In this document: positions 59,917 to 64,000 of the stretch, in pieces | Numbering within the stretch: the first letter of the stretch is position 1 | Layout of the letters: the number at the start of each line of letters is the position of its first letter | Assembly (NCBI GenBank): GCA_963751215.1 | Contig: CAVVTV010000004.1 | Coordinates: 329,226 to 393,225 of the forward strand | Direction of reading: 5' to 3' | Length of the DNA stretch: 64,000 nt | Source: an uncultured Thermoleophilia bacterium | Lineage (GTDB): Bacteria; Actinomycetota; Thermoleophilia; UBA2241 | Program-made: the position numbers and the translations under genes | Notes under the pieces: generated by a model | The model's database searches: none | Told to the model about the DNA's origin: nothing | Seen by the model: only the letters and a program-made list of their open reading frames with translations

Positions 59917-60425
59917 CTGCCGGCCTCGCCGTCGAGCTGCAGCTCGAAGCGCACCACATGGTCGCCTTGCGGGCCGTGATCGACGCTCACCGGCAGCCCA
60001 TCCACCACTTCGTCGCCGGGCAGGATGGTGAAGCCGAGGCCCGTGTGAAAGGCGATCGAGGTCTTGTTCAGCGGGGCGGTGACGCAGCGCACCACGGTGC
60101 GGCCGTTGGCCCGGGCGACGGCGAAGAAGCGCCGGTACAGGTCGGTCGCCAGGCCAGACCGGCGCCAAGAGGGGTCGACGCCGGCAAAGTGCACGTAGGC
60201 CTCGTCGGCGTGATCGGGGCACATGAAGCCCACCAGGAAGCCGAGCAACGTGTCTTCATGCTCGGCCACCAGCGACGTGGCGCAAAAGTGCTCGAAGAAG
60301 ATCCGCGGCAGCATGGGGCGCAGGTCGCGGCCGCCCCACCACTCCACCATCACGCCCAGGACGCGCTCGTAGTCGGCGGCGGTTGGAGGACGAAAGACCA
60401 GGCTGGTGCAGGGCACGTCGGACAC
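59913..60425 (-). CDS. GNAT family N-acetyltransferase inside the mqn operon
   Basis: WWGGR, YVHFAGVDP..RRSGLA, N..SIAFH..LGF. Confidence 0.85.
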   Translation of the reverse strand: MSDVPCTSLVFRPPTAADYERVLGVMVEWWGGRDLRPMLPRIFFEHFCATSLVAEHEDTLLGFLVGFMCPDHADEAYVHFAGVDPSWRRSGLATDLYRRFFAVARANGRTVVRCVTAPLNKTSIAFHTGLGFTILPGDEVVDGLPVSVDHGPQGDHVVRFELQLDGEAGR

Positions 60426-60431
60426 CCGACC

Positions 60432-61307
60432 TTAGCTCGCCTCGCTCACGCCGGCCGGCGCGGCACCAACGTCGGGCACGTGCTCGAGCTCGCCGATGGC
60501 CGCCGCGCGCCGGTAGAACTCCTGCAAACCGGCGCGGTACTCGGCCGTGAAGCCGAACTTGAGCTTGTCGAAGTACTCCATGAGATAGGCCTGGCTGAAG
60601 TCGTAGATGAGGGCCGCCTCGGCGGCCGTCTGCGCCGGCTGCGCCGCGCAGCGGTCACGGCTGGCCAGCAGGGCCGCGCCGACGGCCGCGGCCGCCTGCG
60701 GCCGCGCGGCGACGAAGTCGCTCCGCGCGGCACATACCGCGAACACCATAGGCAGGCCGGTGGCCTTGCGCCACTCCTCCCCGAGGTCGAAGTTGTAGGG
60801 GAAGAAGCCGGCGCGCAGCACGTGCAGAGCCTCGTCGCCGATGAGCAGCAGCCCGTCGTGGTCTTTGAGCACCTCGGCCAGCGAGCCGCGGCGCGGCGCG
60901 AACGCGGGCTGCAGGCCCCACTCGTGGCAGAGCACGCGCAGCAGGCACACGGAGGTGGCGCTCTTCTCGGTGAGCGCGATGCTGCGCACCTGCTCCAGCG
61001 GCACGCGCGTGAAGAGCTGAACCGAGTCGACGGCGCCCAGTGAGCTGATGCTCACCTGCGGCACCAGCCGCAGCGCGCCGGCCTGCCGCGCGAAGGCTAT
61101 GGACGAGGGCAGAGTTACGTCGATGCGACCCTCCACCAGAAGGCGGTTGAGCGCCGCCGGGTGGCCTTCCACCACGGTAGCGCTGGCACCACGCTGGGCC
61201 AGCTCGCCGGCGAAGTGGTCGTAGAGGGGGAAGCAGTTGACGAACTCGATGCGCCCGACGCGCACCGGCGCGCCCGCACCCCCTTCGAGAGCGCTCGCCG
61301 GAGCCAT
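60432..61307 (-). CDS. mqnA: Chorismate dehydratase
   Basis: VGRIEFVNCFP, SATSV, LLIGDEAL, DLGEEW...TGLPMVFA. Confidence 0.92.
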   Translation of the reverse strand: MAPASALEGGAGAPVRVGRIEFVNCFPLYDHFAGELAQRGASATVVEGHPAALNRLLVEGRIDVTLPSSIAFARQAGALRLVPQVSISSLGAVDSVQLFTRVPLEQVRSIALTEKSATSVCLLRVLCHEWGLQPAFAPRRGSLAEVLKDHDGLLLIGDEALHVLRAGFFPYNFDLGEEWRKATGLPMVFAVCAARSDFVAARPQAAAAVGAALLASRDRCAAQPAQTAAEAALIYDFSQAYLMEYFDKLKFGFTAEYRAGLQEFYRRAAAIGELEHVPDVGAAPAGVSEAS

Positions 61308-61309
61308 GG

Positions 61310-62443
61310 TCAGGCGGGCTCGTCGGAGCCATCGTAGCGATGTACCACGTTGTAGAGCGTGTCGCGCTCCACCGGCACGCGGCCGGCGGCGCGGATCACA
61401 CGCACCAGCTCAGCTCTGCTGAGCTCCTGCTCGGTTTCGACGCCGGCCGCATGGCTGATGCGCTCTTCCACCACCGTGCCGTCGAGATCGTCGACGCCGA
61501 ACGCCAGCGACACCTGGGCGAGCTTGAGACCCACGTTGATCCAGAACGCCTTGACGTGACGGAAGTTGTCGAGCACCAGACGCCCGACGGCCAGCATTCT
61601 GAGATCGTCCATGCCCGTAGGCCCGGGTAGCTCGCTGAGGCCGGTGTTGGCCGGCTGAAACGAGAGGGGGATGAAGGCGTCGAAGCCACCGGTGTCGTCC
61701 TGAAGCTCGCGCAGGCGCAGCAGATGGTCGGCCAGCTCGGCCGCCGTCTCTACATGGCCGTAGAGCATGGTGGCGTTGCTGCGCAGGCCGACGCCATGAG
61801 CGGCACGCATGACCGCGAGCCACTGCGGGCCGCTGATCTTGCGCTCGCAGATGATGTCGCGCACGCGCGCGCTGAACACTTCGGCGCCGCCACCGGGCAG
61901 CGAGCCGAGGCCCGCCTCCTTGAGCTCGGCCAGAACCTCGGGCACCGTCTTGCCGCTGATTCTCGCGAAGTGAGCCATCTCGCTGGCCGTGAAGGCCTGG
62001 ATGTGCACGTCCGGCGCCAGCTCGCGCAGGGCTCGCATCATCTCGAGGTAGTAGCTGAACGGCAGGTCTGGATGCTCTCCGCCCACGATGTGGATCTCGC
62101 TGATGCCCCCCACAGCCAGCGTCTCGCGGGCTTTGTCGACCACCTGGTCGACGGTAAGGGTGTAGGCGTCGGCGTCGCCCTCGTCGTGGCTGAAGGCGCA
62201 GAAGAGGCAGCGGTTGCGGCACACATTGGTGTGGTTGATGTGCCGATTGCGGATGAAGAACACGTCGTCGCCAACGTCTCTCGCGCGCGCGAAATCGGCC
62301 ATGGCTCCCAAGGCCAGGATGTCGGTGCTCTCGAGGAGAGCGCACGCCTGTGACTCATTCAGGCGCGTGCCGGCCGCGACGGCCTGCCAGACGCTCTCGA
62401 GGCCGGCCCGGGCGGCCAGGGCGCCGATGTCACGTGAGTGCAC
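61310..62443 (-). CDS. mqnE: Aminofutalosine synthase
   Basis: NRHINHTNVCRNRCLFC, EIHIVGG, NATMLYGH, DGTVVEERISH. Confidence 0.92.
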   Translation of the reverse strand: MHSRDIGALAARAGLESVWQAVAAGTRLNESQACALLESTDILALGAMADFARARDVGDDVFFIRNRHINHTNVCRNRCLFCAFSHDEGDADAYTLTVDQVVDKARETLAVGGISEIHIVGGEHPDLPFSYYLEMMRALRELAPDVHIQAFTASEMAHFARISGKTVPEVLAELKEAGLGSLPGGGAEVFSARVRDIICERKISGPQWLAVMRAAHGVGLRSNATMLYGHVETAAELADHLLRLRELQDDTGGFDAFIPLSFQPANTGLSELPGPTGMDDLRMLAVGRLVLDNFRHVKAFWINVGLKLAQVSLAFGVDDLDGTVVEERISHAAGVETEQELSRAELVRVIRAAGRVPVERDTLYNVVHRYDGSDEPA

Positions 62444-62457
62444 GGGGCTCCAGACTG

Positions 62458-63441
62458 TCAGTTGTAGCGGTCTACGACCTGCGCGGCCACCTGCTCGAGC
62501 AGATCGCGTTCCACGAGGTCCGGGCAAGCGCCAAGAGCCTCGCGGGCTCCTCCAATGTACCGCAAAGCGACGGCGCGGGCACGCCGCAGGGCGCCGGTGC
62601 CGGCCACCGCGTGAAGCACTGCCGCCACATCGTCATCGTTCGGCTCGGGTTTGCTCAAGAGCGGCGCCAGCCCGGGCTGAGCCTCGAGCGCGAAAATGAG
62701 CGGCAGCGTGATAGTGCCGTCGCGCACATCGGTGCCGGAACACTTGCCGGTGGCGGACTGGTCACCGCTGAGGTCAAGGATGTCGTCGAACACCTGAAAG
62801 GCGAGGCCGATGAGGCGGCCGTACTCGGAGAGTGGCTCGGCCGCTTGTTCGCCGGCGCCCGACAGCACCGCGCCCAGCCAGCACGCGGCCGCGAACAAAT
62901 CGGCCGTCTTGCCCTGGCAGCGGCGCTCGTACTCCTCGCGAGTGACCGTCACACGGTGGGCGGCCTCGCGTTGCAGCACCTCGCCCTGCGAGAGACTCTC
63001 GGCGGTGGCGCTGAGCAGGTCCACGGCGGCTGCGTCACCGCTGCCGACGACCTCGCTGAACGCCCTGGCGAGCAGGAAGTTGCCGGCCGATACCGCCGTC
63101 GCCACGCCGTGCTCGGCAGCCACCGTGGGCCGCCCGCGACGCAACTGGGCGCGGTCGAGCACGTCATCGTGCACCAGTGTGGCCATGTGCAGCAGCTCCA
63201 CGGCGGTGGCCCCTCGCAGCACGGGTTCGGCGAGCGGCGCGTCGCGGCGCGCGCAGAGGAGCGTGAGCAACGGGCGCACGCGCTTGCCGCCGGCCGCCAA
63301 CATAGAACGGCAGGCGGCGCCGAGCTCGCCGGGGTATTCGCCGGCCACGCCCGTGAGGCGCTTCTCCACCTGGTCCAGGCCCTGCGAGTAGCGCCGCGCT
63401 TGCCGCGCGGAGCGCCAGATGAGCAGCGGCCGGCTCGTCAC
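62458..63441 (-). CDS. Long-chain polyprenyl diphosphate synthase
   Basis: GGKRVRP, first DDVLD and second DDILD motifs, KT. Confidence 0.9.
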   Translation of the reverse strand: MTSRPLLIWRSARQARRYSQGLDQVEKRLTGVAGEYPGELGAACRSMLAAGGKRVRPLLTLLCARRDAPLAEPVLRGATAVELLHMATLVHDDVLDRAQLRRGRPTVAAEHGVATAVSAGNFLLARAFSEVVGSGDAAAVDLLSATAESLSQGEVLQREAAHRVTVTREEYERRCQGKTADLFAAACWLGAVLSGAGEQAAEPLSEYGRLIGLAFQVFDDILDLSGDQSATGKCSGTDVRDGTITLPLIFALEAQPGLAPLLSKPEPNDDDVAAVLHAVAGTGALRRARAVALRYIGGAREALGACPDLVERDLLEQVAAQVVDRYN

Positions 63442-64000
63442 GCCGTACCTCGAGCCGTGCGCGCTCCGGGAACCTCGCCCACGTGCAGCGCCACGGCACC
63501 CAGGCCGAAGCGCCGGTAGCGCACCCGTTCAAGCCCAACGCCGGCCATGATGGCGGCCAGCTCGGCGGCTCGCGGAAAGGACTCGACGGAGGCCGGCAGA
63601 TACCAGTAGGCCGAGGGGTCCCCGCTCACGAGGCCGCCCAGCAACGGTACCAGGCGAGCCGTCCAGAGCCGCTGAAGGCCGCCGCCCAGCCCCCCCGGTG
63701 GCTGCGTCGAATCCAGGCAGACCACCCTGCCGCCGGGCCGCGTGACGCGCTTCATCTCGGCGAAGGCACGAGGCACGTCGGGCACGTTGCGTACGCCCCA
63801 GCCTACCGTCACGGCGGCGAACTCGCCGTCGGCAAAGGGCAGGTGCAGGAGGTCGCCCTGCACAAAGCTGAGGCGCGCCATGGGGAGCGCCGCCGCCTTC
63901 TCGCGGGCGCGCGCCAGCATGGCCGCCGTGAAGTCGAGGCCCACGACCTCGCAGCCGGGGCACGCCCGGCCGAGGGCGAGCGCCAGGTCGCCCGTACCGC
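63438..64000 (-). CDS. menG: Demethylmenaquinone methyltransferase, partial (5' end outside the window)
   Basis: GTGDLA SAM motif, LPFADGEF, GVRNV, RPGG, YLPASV. Confidence 0.9.
   Translation of the reverse strand, partial: GTGDLALALGRACPGCEVVGLDFTAAMLARAREKAAALPMARLSFVQGDLLHLPFADGEFAAVTVGWGVRNVPDVPRAFAEMKRVTRPGGRVVCLDSTQPPGGLGGGLQRLWTARLVPLLGGLVSGDPSAYWYLPASVESFPRAAELAAIMAGVGLERVRYRRFGLGAVALHVGEVPGARTARGTA

Overview
High-GC bacterial DNA, most consistent with an anaerobic or microaerobic Actinomycetota member (Thermoleophilia-like; an inference from gene content). It is densely coding, and I saw no rRNA, tRNA, CRISPR array or transposase. From left to right it holds: an ABC importer with a frameshifted binding protein; a DUF47 gene, a decayed MFS gene and a SulP-STAS-DUF47 fusion coupled to a GcvT-family dehydrogenase; GNAT, DUF6951, uppP, a cNMP/CBS/DUF294 protein, VOC, yggT and an NRAMP-related transporter; an ABC exporter with a LolA-like protein; TM1266 plus hydG; an NHL lipoprotein and a non-pyrrolysine MttB; an Opp-type operon with two divergent paralogous binding proteins and a CocE hydrolase; a two-component system facing an ApbE/ferric-reductase flavinylation cluster; two Ig-repeat surface proteins; an HD-GYP membrane sensor; MFS and APC transporters; and a futalosine menaquinone operon. 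The best candidate for an undescribed system is an unannotated 25-aa peptide gene (51487-51564) directly upstream of the membrane-sensor HD-GYP gene. Other leads are the SulP-DUF47 fusion, a 51-nt structured repeat abutting stop codons, and an ApbE cluster lacking a canonical substrate. All product calls come from motif recognition by eye; no database search was run.
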